In this document: piece after piece, positions 49,241 to 59,082 of the stretch | How the letters are laid out: the number at the start of each line of letters is the position of its first letter | Position numbering within the stretch: the first letter of the stretch is position 1 | Origin: an uncultured Verrucomicrobiae bacterium | GTDB lineage: Bacteria > Verrucomicrobiota > Verrucomicrobiia > Limisphaerales > Palsa-1400 | Direction: 5' to 3' | DNA length: 64,000 nt | Assembly: GCA_963702845.1 (NCBI GenBank) | Contig: OY969763.1 | Location: 5,568,001 to 5,632,000 of the forward strand | Made by a program: the position numbers and the translations under genes | The notes under the pieces: generated by a model | Told to the model about the DNA's origin: nothing | Seen by the model: only the letters and a program-made list of their open reading frames with translations | The model's database searches: none

Positions 49241-50271
49241 TTGGTGCCTGCGGCAACAGGCGGCAAATTCTTCTGATGCAAAACCTCGTTCAACAAACCC
49301 AGTTCGTAAATACCTCGCAGGTCGGGCTGTTGCCGCAAAAAATGGATCGTGTGCGCTGCTTGCGCCTGTTTATCCAACGAGCTCGCAATCGGATCCCACG
49401 TCAACTCGACCCGGTCGAGCGCTCGTTTAATGACGTCCTCGCGGAGGGCGCGACTGGTTTCCTTGCGGATTTGTTCGTTCAGAATGACAGCGGCTTTGGC
49501 TTTGTTGGAATTAATCATCTGGGTCAGTTGAACGTTGGCTTCCAATAGTTTTCGAACGGTGTCGGGTTGTTCTTTGAGAAATTTGCGAGTGACGACCAGA
49601 TGTGTTGTTACATATTTGCCCTCGGGCCAAAGCGTCTTCTCTTCCAGAAAAATTTTGCCGTTCGCTTCGATTTCCAATCGTGATACCCAAGGCTCAATGG
49701 TCCAGGCGGCGTCGATTTGTTTGGTCTTGAACATTGTGACCTGGTCGGGATTGGAAAGCGGGATTATGTCGACGGTGCCGCCTTGGACTTTCGGCTGGAG
49801 CTTATTTTCCAACAGCCAAATACGCGCAGCGACGTCTTGTGAGTTCCCAAGTTGCGGCGTGGCCAGTGTTTTTCCTTTGAAGTCGGGGATGTTCTGAATT
49901 CCCGAATCACTCCGAACCACCAACGCCGACCCGCCACTAGCTGCGCCAGAAATGATGACGAACTTTTCGCCGTGCGATTTAACGTAGCCGTTGATGGTTG
50001 GACTTGGGCCGATATAGGTGGCGTCGATGGCATCCGCGAACAGCGCTTCGATTGCGGTCGGACCGGCATTGAACGATTGCCAGTGGACCTCGACACCGTT
50101 GTTTTCTAAATAGCGTGTTGCGCGCGCATAAAGCGCCTGGGCGTGGGTGACGTTTGGGAAAAAGCCCAGCCGGATTTCAGCCGCATTTGAATCGTTCACG
50201 GCAATGAGCCACGCCATCGCTCCAAAAAGAACGACACGTAGACGTTGCAGTTGCGGGTGCGCACGGGTCAT
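49237..50271 (-). CDS. SsuA-like ABC substrate-binding protein
   Basis: RLGFFPNVTHAQA, FNAGP, YIGPSP, ATPQLGNSQD, EPW. Confidence 0.9.
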   Translation of the reverse strand: MTRAHPQLQRLRVVLFGAMAWLIAVNDSNAAEIRLGFFPNVTHAQALYARATRYLENNGVEVHWQSFNAGPTAIEALFADAIDATYIGPSPTINGYVKSHGEKFVIISGAASGGSALVVRSDSGIQNIPDFKGKTLATPQLGNSQDVAARIWLLENKLQPKVQGGTVDIIPLSNPDQVTMFKTKQIDAAWTIEPWVSRLEIEANGKIFLEEKTLWPEGKYVTTHLVVTRKFLKEQPDTVRKLLEANVQLTQMINSNKAKAAVILNEQIRKETSRALREDVIKRALDRVELTWDPIASSLDKQAQAAHTIHFLRQQPDLRGIYELGLLNEVLHQKNLPPVAAGTK

Positions 50272-50409
50272 TAACCAAACAACAGTAACTCAAGCTGTTC
50301 GTTTGACAAACCTCAGCCGGCTTTGCTGCTTTCCCTGAGGGCAGCTCTTTGGAATTACGAGTCGTGCCAACTTGCATTTCGGCTTGAGCCAGAGCAACTT
50401 TCCTTTGCT

Positions 50410-50970
50410 ATGCAGCAGCCTGTCTCGTCCGTTGAACTTACTCGTGACTGTGAAGCCGTCCAAATTCCGGCCGGCACCACCGTGACTTTAAAGGCGGGCA
50501 CGCCAGTTGATATCACCCAGACCCTCGGCGGAAGTTATACCGTGCATTGCAGCGGCGGCCTCTATCGCATCGCGCCGAAAGACGCCGATGCACTCGGCAT
50601 AACCGAAGCAAAGAGCCTGGCAGAAATGGTTGCCGAACGGCCGCAGGCTTCCGGACCGGTCGATGAAAAATTGGTCTGGGATACTTTAAAGAGCTGTTTC
50701 GATCCAGAAATTCCCGTGAACATCGTCGATCTTGGACTGGTTTACGACATGCACATTGAACCGATGCCGAGCGGTAATAGCCAAGTGAAAGTGAAGATGA
50801 CTTTGACGGCGCCGGGTTGCGGTATGGGAACCATCATCGCGTCGGATGCGCAGCAGAAATTACTTTATCTCCCCGGAGTCGAAGAAGCGTCGGTTGAAAT
50901 CATTTGGGATCCTCCGTGGCATCAATCGATGATCACCGCGGATGGTCGAAGAATCCTTGGTTTGGAATAA
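50410..50970 (+). CDS. sufT: Fe-S cluster assembly protein SufT
   Basis: RDCEAVQIPAG, ITQTLGGSYTV, DPEIPVNIVDLGLVY, MTLTAPGCGMG, WDPPW. Confidence 0.92.
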   Translation: MQQPVSSVELTRDCEAVQIPAGTTVTLKAGTPVDITQTLGGSYTVHCSGGLYRIAPKDADALGITEAKSLAEMVAERPQASGPVDEKLVWDTLKSCFDPEIPVNIVDLGLVYDMHIEPMPSGNSQVKVKMTLTAPGCGMGTIIASDAQQKLLYLPGVEEASVEIIWDPPWHQSMITADGRRILGLE

Positions 50971-50974
50971 GCAT

Positions 50975-51748
50975 ATGAAAACACTTCTCACGTTGGTCGC
51001 CTGTCTTTTCGTCGCGCTGTCAAGCAATGCCCAGGACTGGGCCAAAGCGCGTCTCGCCAAATCGCCACGTCATCCGGAATGGGCGAAGGTGAAACATGGG
51101 AACCGGACCATCGACTGTTTCATCGTTTATCCAGAGGTGAAGGACAAGGCGACCGCGGTTCTCGTCGTCCCCGAGGTGTTCGGAATGACCGATTGGGTGC
51201 GCAGTGCGGCGGACCAGGTCGCTGCTGCTGGCTACATCGCGATAGTGCCGGATCTATGGTCGGGAAAACAATATGAGGATGTGAACGGCGCAATTAAAGC
51301 GACTTACGCTCTGCCGGAAAAACAAGTCACAGCCGATTTAGACGCAGCGGCCAAATATGTTCTCAGTTTGCCGTCGTATAACGGACAGCTCGTCGTCGCG
51401 GGATTTTGCTGGGGCGGCGGACAGTCGTTTAAATATGCGACGCACAATACGAAGGTGAAGGCGTCGTTCGTTTTCTACGGATCGCCCGCGGACAAGAAAG
51501 AGATGGCGAAGATTCAATGCCCGATTTACGGATTCTACGGCGGCAATGACAACCGCATCACGTCGACGGTGAAATCTACTGAGGAACAAATGAAGGCGTT
51601 GGGCAAGGATTACGAACCGGTGGTTTATGAGGGCGCCGGCCACGGTTTCATGCGCGCAGGCGAAGCTCCTGATGCCAAGCCCGCTGACAAAAAAGCCCAC
51701 GACGAAGCCTGGCTGCGTTTGAAGGACTTGCTCAGCAAATATAAATAG
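50975..51748 (+). CDS. Secreted dienelactone hydrolase family protein
   Basis: SPRHPEW, EVFG, GFCWGG nucleophile elbow, YEGAGHGF. Confidence 0.92.
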   Translation: MKTLLTLVACLFVALSSNAQDWAKARLAKSPRHPEWAKVKHGNRTIDCFIVYPEVKDKATAVLVVPEVFGMTDWVRSAADQVAAAGYIAIVPDLWSGKQYEDVNGAIKATYALPEKQVTADLDAAAKYVLSLPSYNGQLVVAGFCWGGGQSFKYATHNTKVKASFVFYGSPADKKEMAKIQCPIYGFYGGNDNRITSTVKSTEEQMKALGKDYEPVVYEGAGHGFMRAGEAPDAKPADKKAHDEAWLRLKDLLSKYK

Positions 51749-51755
51749 GCGCGGA

Positions 51756-52388
51756 TTAACCTTCGGTAATCGAAGCAACCTTTGCCGCTGCGGCTTTGGG
51801 GAAGGCGACTAAAGCCCGGAACGTCCATTCTTTATGCGCATCAATAAACTGCGCGTAATCAGTCGTGGTTCCGAGCTTTTCCCCCTGCGCGTCTAGAATG
51901 TCCAAAGTGACTTTGACACCAAACCGCTGTTTATCGGTGTCGTTGCGAATCGTGGCGACGGCGTAAATCAGGCGGCTCTTTGGAGATTTTTCGATCGTGA
52001 CCGGGCCAGGTTTGAGGCCGTTCCATAAATCCGGTTCCGGCTCAAGCTTTGGATGTGTCGCTACTACGCTCGTCGATTTTAATTTGGTATCTATTAGTTC
52101 CGTCTGTTGTCGCCGTAACTCGCCAAATCGCTTCAACAAAACGAATCCCCCAACGAAAACCAATACCACGACGGCGATGATGATCCAGATCAGGGGCCTG
52201 GACGACTTTGGGGTTGCGGCGATTAGTTCTTGATCCGGCAGCGTGACTGTTTGCGCAGAGCTGGCCAATTGTGTTTTCTCCCCGCAATGCGGACACCGAA
52301 TCCATATGCCCACACCTTCGGATGGAAACTCAATGTGTCCGCCGCAGTGCTGGCATAAACATTTCGAATGAAGCTTGGTTTCAGACAT
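51756..52388 (-). CDS. Zinc-ribbon + TM + FxLYD-like Ig domain protein
   Basis: CQHCGGHIEF...CPHC, one TM, TIRNDTD...VKVTLDILDAQGEKLG...WTF. Confidence 0.75.
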   Translation of the reverse strand: MSETKLHSKCLCQHCGGHIEFPSEGVGIWIRCPHCGEKTQLASSAQTVTLPDQELIAATPKSSRPLIWIIIAVVVLVFVGGFVLLKRFGELRRQQTELIDTKLKSTSVVATHPKLEPEPDLWNGLKPGPVTIEKSPKSRLIYAVATIRNDTDKQRFGVKVTLDILDAQGEKLGTTTDYAQFIDAHKEWTFRALVAFPKAAAAKVASITEG

Positions 52389-52391
52389 CGA

Positions 52392-53576
52392 CTATTTTCT
52401 TAGACGGAAATACTGCGGCACTGGTGACATCGGCAACGCCACGACAAATTGCGAACCGCTGTTGGCCGGTGAATTCGTCACCGCGCTCCAGTTGTTGGTC
52501 GATGAAAGATTGGTCGACGTTTGCAGGCTAAAGCCGGTCGATGGAGTGGGCCACGCGATTTGAATTTGGGTGCTCGTGTTGGTTATCTGCAACGTCGGAA
52601 CCGGCACGGGCTGCGTTGCCAGCCACAATGACGCGTTTAAAATGAGAATGCCTGCGGTCGTGCTGGAATCGGCGTAGCCCTGGCTGAAAAACAATGAGTC
52701 GCCGGGGTCGCCTGTGCCGTCGTCAAATGGCGAACTGTCGCCCGAAGCGACGACTTTGCCGCTGCCATACGTCGCATAGACGATCACGCCATTGTTATTG
52801 CCGTGTGTAGAACTGCTCCACATCGCAATTCTGGCACTTGAATTTTGCGCGGTATTAATCGTGATGCTTGAGCCGTTGTTATACGGGAAGTCGACGCCGG
52901 TTCCGGTCGGCCCATGCGTGATAGGATCTGACGCGTTGGAATCGGCCTGCGCAAAGTCACCAGTGAGATTGTCGCCGTTGAAAGAAATGCCGAACGGATT
53001 GTTCGCGACCGAATTTGTCATCAGGGCGTTGAGCACCTGAACGGCATCTGCGCCGTCGTTATTGCGATCGGACGCTCCATGGTCGGATACGATAAACAAA
53101 CCGCCGCCGTCATGAACGAAACTCACAATGGCAGCCTTTTCAGTCGCTGTGAAAAGTATATTCGGTTCGACAAGCACGAACACATTGTAATTGGTAAGGT
53201 CCTGTGGATTGGTGCCGTCCTTGTAAGTGATGTGACCGTTGTAAGGCAACGTTTCGATGCTGTGCCCGTGCTTCACCAAATCGACCGCCCACGCCGAAAG
53301 GGCGCCTTCCCAATATGTTTCCGCCGTGTTCGCGGTGATGCCCGAGGCTGCAGGCGTGGGATAGCGTTGCGGATTGGATTCGGAACCGGCTCCGGGTGTG
53401 CCCGAGCCATCGCTCGCGGCGCTAATTTTTAAATTGTGCAGATCGGCATCGATGACCCAGTCGGCATTGCCGGCCATTTCAGCCTTGGTCGCGTCAAAGA
53501 GAAAAACGGCGGCAGAACATGGGATGGCAGCCGTAATAAGTAAGACGAAAGCAAGGGCAAAGGACAACGACCGCAT
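52392..53576 (-). CDS. Secreted class-I-GATase-like (DUF4350-type) protein with C-terminal domain
   Basis: FLFDATKAEMAGNADWVID, EPNILF, GGGLFIVSDH, GKVVASGDSS; ends QYFRLRK. Confidence 0.7.
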   Translation of the reverse strand: MRSLSFALAFVLLITAAIPCSAAVFLFDATKAEMAGNADWVIDADLHNLKISAASDGSGTPGAGSESNPQRYPTPAASGITANTAETYWEGALSAWAVDLVKHGHSIETLPYNGHITYKDGTNPQDLTNYNVFVLVEPNILFTATEKAAIVSFVHDGGGLFIVSDHGASDRNNDGADAVQVLNALMTNSVANNPFGISFNGDNLTGDFAQADSNASDPITHGPTGTGVDFPYNNGSSITINTAQNSSARIAMWSSSTHGNNNGVIVYATYGSGKVVASGDSSPFDDGTGDPGDSLFFSQGYADSSTTAGILILNASLWLATQPVPVPTLQITNTSTQIQIAWPTPSTGFSLQTSTNLSSTNNWSAVTNSPANSGSQFVVALPMSPVPQYFRLRK

Positions 53577-53707
53577 CTGGCGATTTTGGGCTAAATTCCC
53601 ATCAACTTCAATGTTTCCCAGCGCAAAGTTAGGTCATCTGGATAAGTGAGCGCGCCAAAAGCTTTGCCATTGCCCCGTTAGCCGATTATATACACCCAAC
53701 TAAATTT

Positions 53708-56700
53708 ATGCCGCCACGCGACGATTCTGCCTCAAAACCAACGGGCCATAGTTCGGGACTAGCCACTCGGACTGGGAAAAAACTTCTCGTCGCCAACCGC
53801 AGCGAAATCGCCATTCGCGTTTTTCGTGCCGCCACCGAACTCGGCTTGCGCACCGTCGCGATTTACGCGCAGGAAGATCGCCTCAGCATTCATCGTTTTA
53901 AAGCGGACGAAGCGTATCTGGTTGGCGTCGGCAAAGGGCCGGTCGGCGCTTATCTCGACATCCCCGGAATCGTGGCGCTCGCGAAGGAGCATCAAGTCGA
54001 TCTCATTCATCCTGGTTACGGTTTTCTTGCTGAGAACGCTGAGTTCGCCCGCGCTTGTCGTGCGGCAGGCATTGAGTTCGTTGGCCCGCGCGCGGATTTG
54101 CTGGAGTTGATGGGTGACAAAGTTGCCGCGCGCGCCCTCGCCAAACGTGTCGGCGTGCCAACACTTCCCGGCACGGAAGAGCCTGTCGAAGACCGCACCA
54201 AGGCGTTGAAGATCGCCAAAGAAATTGGGTTCCCGCTGATTATTAAAGCGGCATTCGGCGGCGGCGGTCGCGGCATGCGCGTTGTCCACAAAGCCGAAGA
54301 TCTCGAACATCTTCTCGATGAAGCTCAAGGCGAAGCCGGCCGCGCATTCGGTAATCCGGCGGTTTTCCTCGAAAAATACATTCCGCGCGCCAAGCACATC
54401 GAAGTGCAGATTTTGGGTGACCGTCACGGCAACGTGCTCCATTTGCATGAGCGCGATTGCTCGGTCCAACGCCGTCACCAAAAGGTTGTCGAGATTGCTC
54501 CATCAGTTGGCCTTGACGACAAGGTCCGTCGCGAACTTTGCGAAGCGTCCGTCCACATGGCGCGCGAAGCCAAATACGACAACGCCGGCACCGTCGAGTT
54601 CCTTTACGATATCGATTCGAAAAATTGGTATTTCATCGAAGTCAATCCGCGCATCCAGGTCGAACACACCGTCACTGAAGTCATCACTGGCGTTGACCTC
54701 GTGCGCTCGCAGATTTTGATCGCGCAAGGCCACACCTTGCACGACGCCCAGGTCAATCTTCCGCAACAAGGTCAGATTCCGCGCATCGGCTGCGCTGTCC
54801 AATGCCGCGTCACGACCGAGGATCCGGAAAATAAATTTACTCCCGACTACGGCAAGATTCTCAATTATCGTTCGGCTGGTGGGCTCGGCATTCGTCTCGA
54901 CGGCGGCATGGGCGATTCCGGTTCTGTTATCACGCCGTTTTACGATTCCTTGCTCGTCAAAATTACAGCTTCGGGCGCCAGTTTCGAAATGGCACTCGCG
55001 CGCATGGATCGTGCGTTGCGCGAATTCCGTATCCGCGGCGTCAAGACGAACATCCCGTTTCTCGAAAACGTTATCTCCAATCCAATTTTTCTTTCCGGTC
55101 AGGCAACAACGACCTTGATCGATACCACGCCGGAATTATTCACGTTCAAAGGACGCCGCGATCGTGCGACCAAACTTTTGAATTTCCTTTCCGACGTTGT
55201 CGTTAACGGCAATCCGACGGCCAAAGGTTACGTGCCCAAAAGCGCTCTGCTCTCCGCGACCGCGCCGTATAGCGATCGCAAACAAACTCCGCCCGCAGGC
55301 ACGCGCCAGTTGTTGTTGGAACTTGGGCCCAAAAAATTTGCCGAGTGGACACGCAAACAAAAGCGTCTTCTCATCACCGACACGACCTTCCGCGACGGCC
55401 ATCAATCCTTGCTCGCGACCCGCGTTCGCACCTATGACATGCTGGAGATTGCCGACGCTGTCGCGCGACTCACGCCTAAATTGTTCAGCCTCGAAATGTG
55501 GGGCGGTGCGACCTTCGACACGTCCATGCGTTTCCTCCATGAAGATCCGTGGGAACGTCTTCGCCAACTGCGTGCCCGCATTCCGAACATCTGTTTCCAG
55601 ATGCTTTTCCGCGGTTCCAATGCCGTCGGCTACTCAAATTATCCCGACAATGTTTGCGCCGGGTTCGTCAAACACGCCGCCGCAAATGGCATCGATATTT
55701 TCCGGATTTTCGATTCGCTCAACTACGCGCCGAATTTGAAAGTCGCCATGGAAGCCGTGCAAGACACGCACGCCATTTGCGAAGCAGCGATCTGTTACAC
55801 GGGCGACATCCTTGATCCGAAGCGCACGAAGTATTCGCTCAAATATTACATCAATTTCGCGAAGGAATTGGAAAAGATGGGCGCGCACTTCCTCGCCATC
55901 AAAGACATGGCCGGTCTCTGCCGTCCGTTCGCGGCTTATACTTTGGTCAAAGCGCTGAAGGAAGAAGTCGGCCTGCCAATCCATTTCCACACGCACGACA
56001 CCAGCGGCATCAACTCCGGTTCGATCGTCAAAGCGAGCGAAGCGAACGTCGACGTTGTAGATCTAGCGATCGCTTCGATGAGCGGTTCGACCAGCCAGCC
56101 GAACTTAAACGCCATCGTCGCCACGCTCGCCAACACCCCGCGCGACACAGGTCTGGACCTCAATGCGCTGAACAAGTTTTCCGATTATTGGGAGCACGTC
56201 ACCACGTTCTACGCTCCTTTCGACACCGCGCCGCGCAGTGGCAGCGCCGAAGTTTACGAGCACGAAATGCCCGGTGGCCAATACACCAATTTGAAGGAGC
56301 AGGCCGCGAGCATGGGCCTGGGCCAACGTTGGCACGAAATCGCCCGCACCTACGCCGAAGTCAACGAGCTGTTTGGCGACATCGTCAAGGTCACGCCGAG
56401 CAGCAAAGTCGTCGGCGACATGGCCATGTTCCTCATCACGCGCGGCATCAAGCCCGCCGATGTCTTGAATCTCGACCCCGGCACCACGCCGTTCCCCTCG
56501 TCCGTCATCGACATGTTAATGGGCAATCTCGGCCAACCGGTCGGCGGCTGGCCGAAGAAGGTGCAGAAAATTGTCCTCGGCGATCGCAAACCGTTACGCG
56601 GCCGCCCCGGCGCAAGCCTCAAGCCGTTGAACCTCGACAAAGTTCGCGACGAGGTTGCTGCAAAAACAAAACGCCCGGCCGGCGACGACGATCTCTACAG

Positions 56701-57214
56701 CCATCTAATGTATCCGGAAGTGTTCACCGAGTTCGCCCGATTCGCGCGCGACTACAGTGACGTCAGCGTCTTGCCGACGACTGCATTTTTCTACGGCCTC
56801 AAGCCCGGTGAAGAAATTTCTGTCGACATCGAAGAAGGCAAAACCCTTTTCATCAAACTGATCAACGTCGGCGCGCCCGACAAAGACGGCCGTCGCACCG
56901 TGACTTACGAGTTGAACGGCATGTCGCGCGAAGCAACCGTTGTCGACAAATCTCTCGGCATTAAAGCGAAAGCCCGCGCCAAAGCCGATCCAGCCGATCC
57001 ACAGCAACTCGGCGCACCGATCCCCGGCCTGATCACCGCGTTGTCTGCCACCGTCGGAGCGAAAGTCGCGAAAGGCGAAAAACTGGTCACTCTCGAAGCG
57101 ATGAAGATGCAGACTACCATTTACGCTGCGACAGACGGAACTGTGGATAAGGTTTTTGTCGCGGTTGGGGACACAGTGGAGAGCAAAGATTTGTTGGTGA
57201 AGCTGCGCGCCTGA
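53708..57214 (+). CDS. pyc: Pyruvate carboxylase
   Basis: VANRSEIA, RDCSVQRRHQK, RDGHQSL, EMWGGATFD, HFHTH, VKVTPSSK, biotinylation motif EAMKM. Confidence 0.98.
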   Translation: MPPRDDSASKPTGHSSGLATRTGKKLLVANRSEIAIRVFRAATELGLRTVAIYAQEDRLSIHRFKADEAYLVGVGKGPVGAYLDIPGIVALAKEHQVDLIHPGYGFLAENAEFARACRAAGIEFVGPRADLLELMGDKVAARALAKRVGVPTLPGTEEPVEDRTKALKIAKEIGFPLIIKAAFGGGGRGMRVVHKAEDLEHLLDEAQGEAGRAFGNPAVFLEKYIPRAKHIEVQILGDRHGNVLHLHERDCSVQRRHQKVVEIAPSVGLDDKVRRELCEASVHMAREAKYDNAGTVEFLYDIDSKNWYFIEVNPRIQVEHTVTEVITGVDLVRSQILIAQGHTLHDAQVNLPQQGQIPRIGCAVQCRVTTEDPENKFTPDYGKILNYRSAGGLGIRLDGGMGDSGSVITPFYDSLLVKITASGASFEMALARMDRALREFRIRGVKTNIPFLENVISNPIFLSGQATTTLIDTTPELFTFKGRRDRATKLLNFLSDVVVNGNPTAKGYVPKSALLSATAPYSDRKQTPPAGTRQLLLELGPKKFAEWTRKQKRLLITDTTFRDGHQSLLATRVRTYDMLEIADAVARLTPKLFSLEMWGGATFDTSMRFLHEDPWERLRQLRARIPNICFQMLFRGSNAVGYSNYPDNVCAGFVKHAAANGIDIFRIFDSLNYAPNLKVAMEAVQDTHAICEAAICYTGDILDPKRTKYSLKYYINFAKELEKMGAHFLAIKDMAGLCRPFAAYTLVKALKEEVGLPIHFHTHDTSGINSGSIVKASEANVDVVDLAIASMSGSTSQPNLNAIVATLANTPRDTGLDLNALNKFSDYWEHVTTFYAPFDTAPRSGSAEVYEHEMPGGQYTNLKEQAASMGLGQRWHEIARTYAEVNELFGDIVKVTPSSKVVGDMAMFLITRGIKPADVLNLDPGTTPFPSSVIDMLMGNLGQPVGGWPKKVQKIVLGDRKPLRGRPGASLKPLNLDKVRDEVAAKTKRPAGDDDLYSHLMYPEVFTEFARFARDYSDVSVLPTTAFFYGLKPGEEISVDIEEGKTLFIKLINVGAPDKDGRRTVTYELNGMSREATVVDKSLGIKAKARAKADPADPQQLGAPIPGLITALSATVGAKVAKGEKLVTLEAMKMQTTIYAATDGTVDKVFVAVGDTVESKDLLVKLRA

Positions 57215-57215
57215 G

Positions 57216-58982
57216 CTATCTCAAGCCTGCTGGTTGATTGACCATTATGGGCCGGTGCACAGAACGCCAAACTTTCCGAAAAATCAGAAAAATGGGAGGA
57301 GCAGAGGTCACGATACCGAGGCCAATCCAAATGGCGGTCAGCAGATGATCGCCGCCACGGTTCTTTAGCCACTCCGGCATCGCGGGGCTCATCGCGAAAA
57401 GTTTGAAGCCCGCGAACCAGCCAAAGAATATTATTCCAGCGACAGCCAGCATCGGGAACAGCAACGCGTCAAACACCGCAAGACCCAAGCCATATATCGT
57501 CCCTGCCGATTGCCGAATCTTAGAAATCGCAACCCAGCCGCACAGGGTTACTCCAATCGGTGCGCTACCTGTGACAAGCAGGAGTATCCAATTTGATCGC
57601 AAGGCAAACCGCCATGTCGGCTCGATTGAAGTGTTCGAAGGAATTGGCATCGAGACTGTGTGCCAAAAAACTGGGATCAAAATGATCGGCACCATCAACA
57701 CAAACAACACAGCCCAGACGGCACCCATAATCGCCGACCGTGAAAAGTGTGGTGTTGCCGGCCAGTTCGCCCATCGCTCCGCGTTCTGCCCTGAAATGTG
57801 TTTCTGTTGAGCCCACCACGGGCGCGACTCATCGGCAGACTTCGCCGAAGCAGATGGAGCTTTGCTTTGAGCGCCCGGCGAGCTGACAACCGTCTCTACC
57901 TGGGTCTTCAGTTCACTTGCCTGCTGATACCGCAACTCCGGTTCTTTCTCCAACGTGCGCAAAACAATTTCATCGAGGCGAATGTCGATCTGGACCTTTT
58001 TCGATGGCGCAGGAAAACGCCCCAGCGGCAATTCGCCCGTGAGCATTTCGTAAAACACGACGCCGAGCGAATAAATATCCGCGCGGTGATCCACTTCGAG
58101 CGGCTTCTCCAATTGCTCCGGCGCCATGTATTGCGGCGTGCCCATCATGCCGCGGCTTTGCGTCAGGCCGAGACCGGTGATTTCGCGGCCCAACATTTTG
58201 GCCAGACCGAAATCAGCGATCTTCACGCGCCCCTTTTTATCGACGAGGATGTTTGCTGGTTTGATGTCACGATGAACGACGCCTTCGTCGTGCGCATATT
58301 GAAGCGCGTCGCAAATTTTTGGAACGATAGCAAACGCCTCTTCCGGCGTGAGTCGCTTCTTCGCGAATTGCATCTGCGACAGATTCAACCCGTCGACGAA
58401 TTCCATGACGAGATAGTAAAGCTCTCCGGCTTTCCCAGATTCGTAAACGGCGACAATGTTTGGATGGTTCAAGCGCGCGAGGGCGCGAGCTTCGCGCGCG
58501 AAACGTTCCGCGAATGCCGGGTCGCGACTGAGTTCAGGTGAAAGGATTTTCAGCGCAACAAATCGATCAAGCTGCGGCTGGCGTGCTTTGTAAACCATGC
58601 CCATGCCGCCCTGGCCGAGAAGTTCGATAATCTCGAATTGCGGAAAAACTTTTGTGATTTCCGAAATCGGCAGTGCTGAAGACCGATGGTCCGCAGCGCC
58701 TGCCGCCTGCGTTTCGAAAGCCGCCCGCGCAAGGCACTGCGGGCACAGCCCTTGCGGGGCATCCGGTGCCATTTCGGTTCGACACTGTGGACAGATGCGA
58801 CGTGTGGCCGATGGCATGATCGGAGGCGTTGCGTTGTTGGACGAACCGATGCGTCTCCAAAACATCACGATTACGACAATCGCCACAATCGCAAGCGTGG
58901 CCATCACCACTAACGAAAACAAAATGATGACTAGTTCCCCGCCGCTGAGCCCCAGGACGCCCATGATTGGATTCAATTGCAT
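57216..58982 (-). CDS. Membrane Hanks-type Ser/Thr protein kinase
   Basis: GQGGMG, VALK, HRDIKPAN, DFG, GTPQYMAPE; N-terminal TM and CPQC...CPQC; four C-terminal TM segments. Confidence 0.95.
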   Translation of the reverse strand: MQLNPIMGVLGLSGGELVIILFSLVVMATLAIVAIVVIVMFWRRIGSSNNATPPIMPSATRRICPQCRTEMAPDAPQGLCPQCLARAAFETQAAGAADHRSSALPISEITKVFPQFEIIELLGQGGMGMVYKARQPQLDRFVALKILSPELSRDPAFAERFAREARALARLNHPNIVAVYESGKAGELYYLVMEFVDGLNLSQMQFAKKRLTPEEAFAIVPKICDALQYAHDEGVVHRDIKPANILVDKKGRVKIADFGLAKMLGREITGLGLTQSRGMMGTPQYMAPEQLEKPLEVDHRADIYSLGVVFYEMLTGELPLGRFPAPSKKVQIDIRLDEIVLRTLEKEPELRYQQASELKTQVETVVSSPGAQSKAPSASAKSADESRPWWAQQKHISGQNAERWANWPATPHFSRSAIMGAVWAVLFVLMVPIILIPVFWHTVSMPIPSNTSIEPTWRFALRSNWILLLVTGSAPIGVTLCGWVAISKIRQSAGTIYGLGLAVFDALLFPMLAVAGIIFFGWFAGFKLFAMSPAMPEWLKNRGGDHLLTAIWIGLGIVTSAPPIFLIFRKVWRSVHRPIMVNQPAGLR

Positions 58983-59082
58983 AACCAAGTGTTTCCCGGC
59001 ATTCGATGCCGGAGTTTATCTCTTTCCACCCCTTACAGAAGAAAATCCGGTCGAAGGTTACGAAGTTTTTTCAATTTGTTTG

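Noticed and set aside
50355..50375. Sigma54 promoter for the ABC operon (TGGCACG on the minus strand)
   Set aside because: The -12 TTGC element is missing at the required spacing
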